Part shown: positions 47,241 to 60,800 of the stretch, in pieces
Position numbering within the stretch: position 1 is the first letter of the stretch
Layout of the letters: each line of letters begins with the position of its first letter
Source: Macrostomum lignano
Lineage: Eukaryota
DNA: 64,000 bases
Direction: 5' to 3'
NCBI GenBank assembly: GCA_002269645.1
Contig: NIVC01000558.1
Location: 248,001 to 312,000 of the forward strand
The notes under the pieces: generated by a model
What the model saw: the letters and a program-made list of their open reading frames with translations, nothing else
The model's database searches: none
Told to the model about the DNA's origin: nothing
Made by a program: the position numbers and the translations under genes

Positions 47241-48975
47241 GGGCATATCAGTAGTCTTCACAAGATGCGTGGGCCCACAGGTAAGCAAATTCAGCAGGTA
47301 TCGAGTAGGCTGAGCAATGGCTGGAGTTGCGATCATGCGCTTCCGGCTGGTTGCAGTGATGAGCAATGGTACAGTAGAAAATATTTTAAACTCTGTTGCT
47401 TGCTCCATTTTCAGCAGGGCTTATTGATCCTCGCTGCTCTCCGTGCCTGCTTATCTACACAACCGAGCTTCAAACTCGGTGACCGCGTGCCTGCCCAGAG
47501 CTGAGCAAAACTATTTGAGCGGGAAAAGTGAGCAACAACTGCATCGGTCCCTGCACACCAGTGCCTCACCTCCAGTCAGCCGGGTTTGCCATCCCAACAG
47601 ACTGCACTCAAAACAGGGCGGCTCACACCTCAGGCCCGTGCACTGGTCCCTCCTACCGGGGTACCGGGTGCCTGTGCCGCCTACGGCCCCTCGGTCTCTC
47701 CTCCAGCCTTCTGTCACTAGCGGACACAAAAGTTGCAGCCAACAAGGGGGTCGCACCCACCTTCCTGCCGCTGCCGTGACGCGAACTTGAGTCGAGTTCC
47801 AACATTCGGATAGCAGAGTGGCGTTCCATGGTCGCCGCAGTGCTGCTCCGTCTGCCGCCTCCTCACCTCGAGGTGGCTTTTCCCAAGGGCGAACGGATTC
47901 CGCCCCCAAGAGCCGTGGTGTCGGGTTGCTGACGCCTGCGGGGGTACTCTCAAAGGGGTAGCCATGGTCTTACGCTTGACCAGCATGCTTGACTCCCCTA
48001 AGAGCTGGCATGCTTCGCCTTCTAAGGTGACTGTCTAACACTAGCAAGCAACTTTAATTAAGCAAACAGTTTTTAACTTTACTCTTTTTTGTTTATTTAC
48101 TGAATTTTTCTGAATAGAGCAGTTTTAATGCCATCAGTCGGTGCACATGGCTGGATTTGGTAGGCCTTTTTGCCTTAATTTTAGCGGACAGCACCTGGGA
48201 TCAAGTCAACAGGTCGTTTGCTGTGTCACATGACAAGGCTGATTCCTATAGCCGAGCCACAACGTCTCAAACATCTGGTTCTGTTGACGCCAGCACCCTA
48301 CTAGCCCTGCGTGATGCTGTCTAGTCCGCTCTCTCACACTGTATGACTGCCTCGCAGACATCGCAGTCCAGAGTTTTCATCGTGGACTCCGTCTGACGAG
48401 GCAACCAGACAGCGGTTGAAACTGACATCGCCTGCATGTGCACCGGTCTGTCTACATAAGTCAATATTTTACAATTTTTATTTAAACTAATGAATACAGT
48501 AATCGATAAATTTTACTGCAACTCAGCCTCTGCCGCATGTCATCCTCCAGCTCTTGTCTTTTGCCGCTCATGTCCTCTTGGTTGGAAAAACTGGTGTTTT
48601 CTAAGAAATGCTTGTCCAGACTCCGGAAAGTCAGGCAACCAGCATGTATAGGCGGTTTTCGTGGGTCGGAATGGGCGGTGATCGTTGCACCTCCTTTTAC
48701 TTTCAGTATGTGCAGACCAAGTCTTATAACTGCAATGGCTCCATTGTTCGGGCGCAAGTTGAAAGTTTCTCTTCTTTTCCGCGCTCATATTTGTGCTCAG
48801 TCGCATTATTCGAAACCTGCACAATAGCAAGAGGGTTAGAGAACTAAGCAATAGCAACTACTTGAGTGAAAAAATGAACGCCTGTACGCCAGTTCCACGT
48901 GAACACGGCTAGATCAGACCTGGCCGTTGTGCATCATCGTTGATGCTGCTGCTGATGGTTGTGTGAGTCGAGCTA

Positions 48976-49885
48976 CGTTGGGTGCCTTAGACAGAGGCAG
49001 CGTCCGCAGCGTTGGGTGCCTTAGACAGAGGCAGCGTCCGCAGCGTTGGGTGCCTTAGACAGAGGCAGCGTCCGCAGCGTTGGGGCCTACTTCTTAGCTT
49101 TGGTCCCCTTCGCTCCAGGCTCACATTGGGTCTGGGACTCGGGCTGGGACTGGGGCTGGGACTGGGACTTGGACTGGGACTGGGACTGGGGCTGGGACTG
49201 GGGCTGGGACTGGGACTTGGACTGGGACTGGGACTGGGGCTGGGAATGGGGCTGGGACTGGGGCTGGGAATGGAGCTGGGACTGGGACTTGGACTGGGAC
49301 TGGGACTTGGACTGGGACTGGGACTAGGGCTGGGAATGGGGCTGGGACTGGGGCTGGGAATGGGGCTGGGACTGGGACTTGGACTGGGACTAGGACTGGG
49401 GCTGGGAATGGGGCTGGGAATGGGGCTTGGACTGGGGCTGGAAATGGGGCTGGGAATGGGGCTGGGACTGGGCTTGGACTGGGGCTGGGACTAGGGCTGG
49501 GAATGGGACTGGGAATGGGGCTTGGACTGGGGCTGGGACTGGGGCTGGGAATGGGGCTGGGAATGGGGCTGGGAATGGGGCTGGGACTGGGACTTGAACT
49601 GGGACTGGGACTGGGGCTGGGACTGGGGCTGGGAATTGGGCTTGGACTGGGGCTGGAAATGGGGCTGGGAATGGGGCTGGGACTGGGGCTTGGACTGGGG
49701 CTGGGACTAGGGCTGGGAATGGGACTGGGAATGGGGCTTGGACTGGGGCTGGACTGGGGCTGGGAATGGGGCTGGGAATGGGTCTGGGACTGGGACTTGA
49801 ACTGGGACTGGGACTGGGGCTGGGACTGGGGCTGGGAATTGGGCTGGGACTGAGGCTGGGACTGGGGCTGGGAATGGGGCTGAGG
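48976..49885. repeat. 34-bp triplicate (48976-49085) followed by a G-rich hexamer array (GGGACT/GGGGCT/GGGAAT)n (49128-49885)
   Basis: Directly visible; the GL/WD ORFs are artefacts. Confidence 0.9.
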
Positions 49886-50587
49886 CCGGGGCTAATAAAG
49901 ACTTGTTTTCTCCAGTTTCTAGAAAGCTAAATAGGCTAAAAGTGCAGCTGGCCGGCAGCCCAGCCTCCGCCCGTCATCTCTGAGCACAAAAGCGAAGGTG
50001 CAGTGAGGGGAAGGCAGGGTGCTCAAGCACAATGCAGAGTCTCCATTGTGCAAGGCTGGGGCTGAAAATCATTCGGGAGCAGCCGCCAGTGCAGCCTCAG
50101 ACAGCTCAGGTTTGCGCTGCTCATCTCTGCAGCCTCAGACAGCTCAGGTTTGCGCTGCTCATCTCTGCAGCCTCATCGCTAATTAAATCTTGCTTTTGCA
50201 ATGACCTTGATTCTCAGTGCCCCTGATATGTCATGCTGTCAAGAGCTGCATTTTCTGAACAGCTGCTGTGTACTGCTGGGATTCGACAGCTCAGCCCCAT
50301 CTCATTCTGCATCATTTAGAGCTGCTAGCCTCCTCTCTGCAGAGGCCCTGAGCAGCTCATTGTGCCACCGTACTGACCGCCTTTGGCTCTCATGAGATGC
50401 TGAATTTCTTGGCAACTCCTTTGCACCTCATCTTCTCAGCTGCCCGCTTCGGACTGCCTCAGGCTTGGGGTGGGCGCTCAGCCTCGAGTCTCTCAGCATC
50501 TCCGCAAAGCACTGCTCACTGGCCTCTCAGCTCTTGGGTGGTCTGACTTTCACCTGCATGCACAAGCTCTGTTTATCAGCCACCTGA

Positions 50588-51303
50588 AAGAGACAGGCTG
50601 GGATGAAGGGTGAGGGGCAGGGAGAGAGACAGGCTGGGATGAAGGGTGAGGGGCAGGGAGGGAGACAGGCTGGGATGTAGGGTGAGGGGCAGGGAGGGAG
50701 ACAGGCTGGGATGTAGGGTGAGGGGCAGGGAGAGAGACAAGCTGGGATGTAGGGTGAGGGACAGTATGAGAGACAGGCTGGGATGTAGGGTGAGGGACAG
50801 GGAGAGAGACAGGCTGGGATGTAGGGTGAGGGGGCGGGGAGATACAGGCTGGGATGTAGGGTGAGGGGCAGGGAGAGAGACAGGCTGGGATGTAGGGTGA
50901 GGGGCAGGGAGAGAGACAGGCTGGGATGTAGGGTGAGGGACAGTATGAGAGACAGGCTGGGATGTAGGGTGAGGGACAGTATGAGAGACAGGCTGGGATG
51001 TAGGGTGAGGGGCGGGGAGATACAGGCTGGGATGTAGGGTGAGGGGCAGGGAGAGAGACAGGCTGGGATGTAGGGTGAGGGGCAGGGAGAGAGACAGGCT
51101 CGGATGTAGGGTGAGGGGCGGGGAGATAGACAGGCTGGGATGTAGGGTGAGGGGCAGGGAGGGAGACAGGCTGGGATGTAGGGTGAGGGGCAGGGAGAGA
51201 GACAGGCTGGGATGTAGGGTGAGGGGCAGGAAGGGAGACAGGCTGGGATGTAGGGTGAGGGGCAGGGAGAGAGACAGGCTGGGATGCAGGGTGAGGGACA
51301 GGG
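50588..51303. repeat. Second array of the 36-bp G-rich unit, ~20 copies
   Basis: Same unit as 39170-41915; the right flanks share aatctccgcaaacaatatcgcttaca. Confidence 0.92.
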
Positions 51304-51991
51304 TTGGTCGCCGGCCCATGGGAGGGGCCAATATCGATACTGCATGGTTGGACACCCACAACAACTCCAAGAAACATGAAAAAGCGCATAAAACCCGGTA
51401 CGGCAGCCGCCATCAATCTCTATGCATCGCTTCTTTGGCTCTCGCGGATATACGAGTATAATCTGCCAATCTAAAAATATTTTTAATCTCCGCAAACAAT
51501 ATCGCTTACAGTAAGCTACTCATAAGACTGGTGCGGCAAGCATATCCTTGTTGTAGAAGAGAATACCCGTATAGCCTATTAGGAAAATGTATTGCCAACT
51601 GCTCATCAAGGAGTCACCAAGCAACAATCAATCCGAATTGGTTTGCGATGTGAAGTTTTTCAGTGGCGATAAAACTGTAATAAATAGTAATTTATTATTT
51701 AGAAAACTTTCGAATAATCACAGGGTAAAAAACTGAACGGAAAGAAAAAATATTATAAAAACAAAAGTTCACATTAATTGAGTAAGGTTAAACAAATCAA
51801 CTTGAGTAGACATGGGAGCCGATTAACAATTAGATTAAAGTGCACTTGAGCAGAAGGGGCCAAAAATTAACGTAATTGAGAATGGTACAGCAGATCCACT
51901 TTAGTAAGCCTCGGAGCCGAATACCAGCTACCAGCATACGGTGGGTTTGAGCTGAAGGCCATGGAAACACAGCAGTCAAGAGAAGCAAAAT

Positions 51992-54900
51992 ACTGAGTTG
52001 GTTAAACTGTGCTCAGTAAGCCTGAGTTGGTTAAACTGTGCTCAGTGAGCCTGAGTTGGTTAAACTGTGCTCAGTAAGCGTGAGTTGGTTAAACTGTGCT
52101 CAGTAAGCCTGAGTTGGTTAAACTGTGCTCAGTAAGCGTGAGTTGGTTAAACTGTGCTCAGTAAGCCTGAGTTGGTTAAACTGTGCTCAGTAAGCCTGAG
52201 TTGGTTAAACTGTGCTCAGTAAGCCTGAGTTGGTTAAACTGTGCTCAGTAAGCCTGAGTTGGTTAAACTGTGCTCAGTAAGCGTGAGTTGGTTAAACTGT
52301 GCTCACAGGTTGTAATTCTGAGTTGGTATCGATTTTTAATCAGAATGGAATCTGGAGACTGTGCAGCATGTGAGGCGATTCTGCGAATATGAGATCATGA
52401 GGTCCATGTTTATTGTTTATTTACTTGGATGCCTTTGATTAATTTATAACAAATCGTTCGTTTAGCATTTAGGCATTGATTTAGGTCATAGACAATTGCG
52501 GTCATACCCAGTAGGTCATAGACAATTGCGGTCATGCTCAGTAGGTCATAGACAATTGCGGTCATACCCAGTAGGTCATAGACAATTGCGGTCATGCTCA
52601 GTAGGTCATAGACAATTGCGGTCCTACCCAGTAGGTCATAGACAATTGCGGTCATGCTCAGTAGGTCATAGACAATTGGGTCATGCTCAGTAGGTCATAG
52701 ACAATTGCGGTCATGCTCAGTAGGTCATAGACAATTGCGGTCATACCCAGTAGGTCATAGGCAATTGCGGTCATGCTCAATAGGTCATAGACAATTGCGG
52801 TCATGCTCAGTAGGTCATAGACAATTGCGGTCATACCCAGTAGGTCATAGACAATTGCGGTCATGCTCAGTAGGTCATAGACAATTGGGTCATGCTCAGT
52901 AGGTCATAGACAATTGCGGTCATGCTCAGTAGGTCATAGCCAATTGCGGTCATACCCAGTAGGTCATAGGCAATTGCGGTCATGCTCAATAGGTCATAGA
53001 CAATTGCGGTCATGCTCAGTAGGTCATAGACAATTGCGGTCATACCCAGTAGGTCATAGACAATTGCGGTCATGCTCAGTAGGTCATAGACAATTGCGGT
53101 CATACCCAGTAGGTCATAGACAATTGCGGTCATGCTCAGTAGGTCATAGACAATTGCGGTCATACCCAGTAGGTCATAGACAATTGCGGTCATGCTCAGT
53201 AGGTCATAGACAATTGGGTCATGCTCAGTAGGTCATAGACAATTGCGGTCATGCTCAGTAGGTCATAGACAATTGCGGTCATACCCAGTAGGTCATAGGC
53301 AATTGCGGTCATGCTCAATAGGTCATAGACAATTGCGGTCATGCTCAGTAGGTCATAGACAATTGCGGTCATACCCAGTAGGTCATAGACAATTGCGGTC
53401 ATGCTCAGTAGGTCATAGACAATTGGGTCATGCTCAATAGGTCATAGACAATTGCGGTCATGCTCAGTAGGTCATAGACAATTGCGGTCATGCTCAGTAG
53501 GTCATAGACAATTGCGGTCATACCCAGTAGGTCATAGACAATTGCGGTCATGCTCAGTAGGTCATAGACAATTGCGGTCATGCTCAGTAGGTCATAGACA
53601 ATTGCGGTCATACCCAGTAGGTCATAGGCAATTGCGGTCATGCTCAGTAGGTCATAGACAATTGCGGTCATGCTCAGTAGGTCATAGACAATTGCGGTCA
53701 TACCCAGTAGGTCATAGACAATTGCGGTCATACCCAGTAGGTCATAGACAATTGCGGTCATACCCAGTAGGTCATAGACAATTGCGGTCATGCTCAGTAG
53801 GTCATAGACAATTGCGGTCATACCCAGTAGGTCATAGGCAATTGCGGTCATGCTCAGTAGGTCATAGACAATTGCGGTCATGCTCAGTAGGTCATAGACA
53901 ATTGCGGTCATACCCAGTAGGTCATAGGCAATTGCGGTCATGCTCAGTAGGTCATAGACAATTGCGGTCATGCTCAGTAGGTCATAGACAATTGCGGTCA
54001 TACTCAGTAGGCCATAGACAATTGGGTCATGCTCAATAGGTCATAGACAATTGGGTCATGCTCAGTAGGTCATAGACAATTGGGTCATGCTCAGTAGGTC
54101 ATAGACAATTGGGTCATGCTCAGTAGGTCATAGACAATTGGGTCATGCTCAGTAGGTCATAGACAATTGGGTCATGCTCAGTAGGTCATAGACAATTGCG
54201 GTCATGCTCAGTAGGTCATAGACAATTGCGGTCATACCCAGTAGGTCATAGACAATTGCGGTCATGCTCAGTAGGTCATAGACAATTGCGGTCATACTCA
54301 GTAGGTCATAGACAATTGCGGTCATGCTCAGTAGGTCATAGACAATTGCGGTCATACCCAGTAGGTCATAGACAATTGCGGTCATGCTCAGTAGGTCATA
54401 GGCAATTGCGGTCATGCTCAGTAGATCATAGACAATTGCGGTCATGCTCAGTAGATCATAGACAATTGCGGTCATGCTCAGTAGGTCATAGGCAATTGCG
54501 GTCATGCTCAGTAGGTCATAGACAATTGCGGTCATGCTCAGTAGGTCATAGACAATTGCGGTCATGCTCAGTAGGTCATAGACAATTGCGGTCATGCACA
54601 GTAGGTCATAGACAATTGCGGTCATGCTCAGTAGGTCATAGACAATTGCGGTCATGCTCAGTGGGTCATAGACAATTAGGGTCATACTCAGTACATGTAG
54701 ATCATAGACAATCATGATCACAACTCGTACATGTAGGGTAGCTGTGAAGAATCGGTCATAAACAGTAAATGAATTCAACGATCAAAATTAACAATAGCAT
54801 GAAACCTACGACCCCCTTTTACCTTCTATTCTACGCCCTTTCCCCTGATCTTACCCTCACCACAATCTCACCCGAGTTTCACCAGAATCTCACAAAGATG

Positions 54901-57740
54901 GGGACTAAGCGACATGACATATGCATGAATTAATAATTCTCCGATATACGCCTGCATGCAGCCTACCAGAAAATTATGATAACTGCTGGATATGAGAGGG
55001 TAGAGAGAGAAGAGTAAAGAAGACTGTCATATCAAACAGGAGACTCCCATGTCTAACAGGAGACTGCCATGTCTAACAGGAGACTCCCATGTCTAACAGG
55101 AGACTCCCATGTCTAACAGGAGACTCCCATGTCTAACAGGAGACTGCCATGTCTAACAGGAGACTCCCATGTCTAACAGGAGACTCCCATGTCTAACAGG
55201 AGACTCCCATGTCTAACAGGAGACTCCCATGTCTAACAGGAGACTCCCATGTCTAACAGGAGACTCCCATGTCTAACAGGAGACTCCCATGTCTAACAGG
55301 AGACTCCCATGTCTAACAGGAGACTCCCATGTCTAACAGGAGACTCCCATGTCTAACAGGAGACTCCCATGTCTAACAGGAGACTCCCATGTCTAACAGG
55401 AGACTCCCATGTCTAACAGAAGACTCCCATGTCTAACAGGAGACTCCCATGTCTAACAGGAGACTCCCATGTCTAACAGGAGACTGCCATGTCTAACAGG
55501 AGACTCCCATGTCTAACAGGAGACTCCCATGTCTAACAGGACACCATGTCTAACAGCAAAAGTGTGCTATCAGTTTAAAACCATACTCTGCTATCTAGAG
55601 TAGTCTCAAAAGCTTTTCCCACCAAATTCGGTCCAAATAAAAGCAGAAATACGGTTCGATTCTCATTTTCCTGCTCAAAACAGCGGCTGAGTTGGCTGAG
55701 CAGCCCTCATGCCCCGCCATTGTCTCAGTTCAATGCAATGCGAAGCCACTGCAAGCACTTATTTATGTACATTGCACAGTGCACTGAGTGAGCACAGACT
55801 CAAGTGTCTGCCAGCATCATTGATGCAGCATCAGCGGTTCAAATGAGATGCACAGAATGGCTGATGCTCGTTCGAACACACTTTTGTGCAGATGAAGCAA
55901 CAAGCCGCACCACCCAGCCTCCAGCATAGCACATTGCTCATCTGTCCACTGACTCTCTCCGAGCTCGAGTCTCCCCCATCGCCATGGCAACTGGAGAAGC
56001 TCTGCAGCGTCTGTGCAGTTAAGGGCTCTGCACATCTCTTTGCTCACTGCGTGAGGGGCCGAGCCGTGAGGCAGCCTCAGACCTCCTGACACTCTGCAAG
56101 CCCTTTGAAAACAATGGCCAGCTTCATTGCATGCCTGCTTCATCAGCTCTGCCCTCCCCGCACTGTTGTGTGCACTGCACTAAGTGAGGCTCACAAATGA
56201 CGCTGCGAAATATTGAAATATGAAATGGGACACAGCGGGTCACGCCAAGTCAGGACACAGCGGGTCACGGCAAGTCAGGACACAGCGGGTCACGGCAAGT
56301 CAGGACACAGCGGGTCACGGCAAGTCAGGACACAGTGGGTCACGGCAAGTCAGGACACAGCGGGTCACGGCAAGTCAGGACACAGCGGGTCACGGCAAGT
56401 CAGGACACAGCGGGTCACGGCAAGTCAGGACACAGCGGGTCACCGCAAGTCAGGACACAGCGGGTCACGGCAAGTCAGGACACAGCGGGTCACGGCAAGT
56501 CAGGACACAGCGGGTCACGGCAAGTCAGGACACAGCGGGTCACGGCAAGTCAGGACACAGCGGGTCACGGCAAGTCAGGACACAGTGGGTCACGGCAAGT
56601 CAGGACACAGCGGGTCACGGCAAGTCAGGACACAGCGGGTCACCGCAAGTCAGGACACAGCGGGTCACGGCAAGTCAGGACACAGCGGGTCACGGCAAGT
56701 CAGGACACAGCGGGTCACGGCAAGTCAGGACACAGCGGGTCACGGCAAGCCAAGCGGTGGCTGTATATTTAACTGAGAAGTCTTGAGTAAGCACTGGACT
56801 TCCTGCTCCAACAGTTGCTAATAAAAAGTCAGTCCAAAAATCAAATACAAAAATCAGTGCCGGAAAAAGCGCCAAACCGGTGGCTGAAAAATGTGAAAAA
56901 TTCTCGGCAACACAAAATCTGGAGTAGGCATTGAGCAGTCTGAGCAGATTGGGGAAATTGTGATTGGCTCTGTGCCAGAGTTTCAAAATCAACATTGATC
57001 AGCTTGAAACTGAAAGGGCACTCGAGTTAGCACAAAAATGTCTCATTAATTGAAAGGAGCAACCGGTAAAACAAACCCGGCAGTCAAATAAATAAAATTT
57101 GAATTCCGAATCGCAGCCGAATAAGCGAAACTGTGATTGGATAATTGATCCGGGCATCGGGAAGCAGCAGGTGATCAATAGACAAAACGATAATTCAAAA
57201 TTCAAAATCTGAATGAGCAGAATGAGCAGTTCGAACAAACAAAGCAGCCGGATAAACAAAAAGAAAATTGGATAAACAAAAAGGTCAATTGGATAAACAA
57301 AATGGGCAATCAGATAAACAAAAAGAGCAATCAGATAAACAAAAAGAGCAATCAGATAAACAAAAAGGGCAATTGGATAAACAAAAAGGCAATCAGATAA
57401 ACAAAAAAGGCAATCGGATAGACAGAAAGAGCAATCGAATAAACAAAAAACGCAATCAGATAAACCAAAAGAGCAATCGGATGAACAAACAAAGCAGCCG
57501 GATAAACAAAAAGGGCCATCGGATAAACAAAAAGAGCAATCGGATAAACAAAACGGGCGATCAAATAAACAAAATGGGCAAAAAATAAGCCAAACGGGTA
57601 ATCGAATAAACAAGAAGGTCAATCGAATAAACAAAAAAGGCAATCGGATAAACAAAAGGTCAATCGGATAAACAAAAACGGAAATCGGATAAACAAAAAG
57701 GGCAATCGGATAAACAAAAAGGTCAATCGGATAAACAAAA
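51992..57740. repeat. Copy-B minisatellites: 29-bp (~11x, 51992-52306), 30-bp (~74x, 52484-54690), 20-bp (~26x, 55033-55555), 25-bp (~21x, 56229-56750), ~21-bp A-rich (57245-57740)
   Basis: Directly visible; same units as in copy A. Confidence 0.92.
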
Positions 57741-57814
57741 GCAGACAACGTCAGCAATCAAAACCGCCCGCTCCAAGAGCCGCTCCGCTCCCTCACAGCC
57801 CAGCGCTCTCGCAG

Positions 57815-60800
57815 TCACGATGAGGCACTCAGGAAGCTGTGCCGCAGCAGCTCCGCGGTGTCCGCTCGCTTCCTCGGGTCATAGTCTACGCACCTGAGGT
57901 AGAAGTCCTTCAGGCCGGCTGAGAACCCGTCCGCAATCCGAGGCATCGCCCGCCCTCCGCACCTCAGCACGGCGATCCGGAAGTGCTGAACGTTCGCGTC
58001 AGGAGGCTGCATGGCCGTCAGCTCATACACGGTGCAGCCGAAGGCCCACACGTCGGTCTTGGCTGAGTACGGAATCGAATCGCCCTCGCCCATGAACAGC
58101 TCGGGCGCCATGAAGTAGGGGGTGCCTTTGGGATCAACGCCTGTGCTCAGGCCGCAGGTGCCGACAATCTCCTTGGCGAGGCCGAAGTCGATCAGCTTGA
58201 TGACGCCCTCGTTGGTGAGCATCACATTGGAGCTCTTGATGTCACGGTGCAAAATGGCGCCCTCCGGCTGGCAGTGCAGGAAGTTCAGGCCTGAGCAGAT
58301 CTGCAGGTCGAGCAGTTTTGGGTACTCAAAAAGTGCATGAATTCATTTTAAATCCCACCCTGATGCCACACTGATCCCACACTGACCCCACACTGATACC
58401 ACACTGATCTCACACTGATCCCACACTGATCCCACACTGATCCCACACTGATCCCACAATGATCCCACACTGATCCCACACTGATCCCACACTGATCCCA
58501 CAATGATCCCACACTGATCCCACACTGATCCCACACTGATCCCACACTAATCCCACACTGATTCCACCCTGATTCCACCCTGATCCCACCCTTACCAGAA
58601 AATTAATATGCCAGAGAACTCAGAGACGCACCTGTCTGGAGAAGTCCCTGACCCCGGACTCCTTGAACGGCTTGTTCTGACGCTGCATCAGCTCAAAGAG
58701 GCTGTGACCCGAGACCAGCTCGGTGAAGATGTACAGCCCGTCCGACTTCTGCTCGCACTTGAGGAACTGCAGAATGTTGGGATGCGAGAGTCGCTTGAGG
58801 ATCTCAACTCCCCGCTTCTCCATCTCGACGGCTTTCTGCAGCTTCCTCGATTGGCCGGTGCCGCTCAGGGGCAGCACCTTGACAGCCACCGTCTGGTTGC
58901 GGTCTGTGAGGGCCTTGTACACCTCACCGAATCCGCCACGGCCGATGAGCTGCTTCTTGTTGTCCTGCAGGATGAAGTCCCAGTCGGTAAAGCTGGGGTC
59001 CAGCTGCTTCTTGGCGCTGAAACATGAAATGAAGGAATTGATGAATTTTGTGTTGCTTGGAGCTTTCTGAGTACTTTGGAGTCACTCAGCCTTCTGCGTC
59101 ACCACCCTTCTGCGTCACCACCCTTCTGCGTCACCACCCTTCTGCGTCACCACCCTTCTGCGTCACCACCCTTCTGCGTCAACACCCTTCTGCGTCACCA
59201 GCCTTCTGCGTCACCAGCCTTCTGCGTCACCAGCCTTCTGCGTCACCAGCCTTCTGCGTCACCAGCCTTCTGCGTCACCAGCCTTCTGCGTCACCAGCCT
59301 TCTGCGTCACCAGCCTTCTGCGTCACTAGCCTTCTGCGTCACCAGCCTTCTGCGTCACCAGCCTTCTGCGTCACCAGCCTTCTGCGTCACCACCCTTCTG
59401 CGTCACCACCCTTCTGCGTCACCAGCCTTCTGCGTCACCACCCTTCTGCGTCACCATCCCTCTGCCATGAGCATCCTCGGGCGCCGTGAAGAGCCAGGTG
59501 CCTTTTGGCTGGTTGCCTGCGCTCAGACTGCAGGTTCTGATGAGTTCACTAACTGTCGCCTCATCATTTCTCACCGTGTCTCCTCAGGCAGTCCGACCGG
59601 AGTCGGCCCAGGCGGCTGGACGCTCTGTCGAGCTCGTGGGCGGGGACGCGGAGCTGCAGCGCTGTAGGAAGAGTTTTACGAGTGAGCCGTTAAACATGTC
59701 TGGGTCGCCAAGGCGGCACTTGAACTCTGCTAATGCTTCGTGTATAAGAAGCCCTGCAGATTGGGCTTTGGTGGCGCTATATGGACATTGGGGATGCGAT
59801 CGGGAGATTGCGGCGCCACGAAGAGATTTTGAACATATTATATTTAACATATTACATATTACAACATATTACATATTATATTATATTTTGAACATCACAC
59901 CAAGTACATTCCTACTAAAATCGGAGAGTTTGAAACTTCGGAGAGTTTGATGGCACTTGAACTCGCTGATGCTTTGTGTTAAAAAACTCCTGCAGATTGA
60001 GCTGTGGGTGGGGGTTGTGGGCCCATGGGGAGGTTGGAGGCACCATGGGGAGGTTAGAGGCGCCATGGGGAGGTTGGAGGCGCCATGGGGAGATTGGAGA
60101 CGCCATTGGGAGGTTGGAGGCGCCAAAGGGAGATTGGAGACACCATGGGGAGATTGGAGACGCCATTGGGAGGTTGGAGGCGCCACAGTAAGATTGGAGG
60201 CGCCATGGGGAGATTAGGGGCGCCATGAGGAGCTGCGCTGACAGATTCATGCCGCCATCGCTTGGCTGCGGCGCTGCTGAGAATATCAGGGCGCAGATCA
60301 TCAAAGCGCAATGAATTTTCTACAATGAATATTCTCAGTATTTTCACCTTCAGGCAGCAGTTCTCAGTCAGGACTCACCCAGATGAGGCGGCAGTCGGCG
60401 CTGAGCTGCCAGCGGGAGGCCGAGAGGCTTTGAGCCGCAGATGCGTGGAGGAAATCCAGGCCCGCTTTGCTGACTTGTCTGCGTCCCGCCGCGGACTCTC
60501 AACAACATCAGCCAGTGTTTTCCCCATGATGTTCTTCAAGCTGAACATTTCGGCTCCGATTTGGTTAAAAATGAACTGAAGAGAGCCGACTGGCTGATGC
60601 TGAGCGGCCAAATGGACGGCCGTGTCACCGCCTTCGTCAGGAACTGTGAGACAGTCGCTGCCGAGCTCCTTCACCAGCCACTTCAGATTTGAATTGTCAG
60701 ACTTCTCAGCAGCAAAGTGAAATGCCGTTTTATCCAACCATCCCTTCAGCCGAAAGCAGTCAGTTCCGATCTGTCCCTTGATCCACTCCAGCGACTCGAT

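Noticed and set aside
47290-48020. Possible LINE 5' UTR or other non-LTR fragment
   Set aside because: No endonuclease or RT motif was found in any frame.
48482-48800. Minus ORF containing SGKRQELEDDMRQ, resembling a neuropeptide GKR-neurophysin junction
   Set aside because: No upstream Cys ring or signal peptide, and no usable donor after MRQ.
49012-49853. GL-repeat / WD-repeat ORFs and telomere-like appearance
   Set aside because: Hexamer G-rich satellite, not TTAGGG, and not coding.
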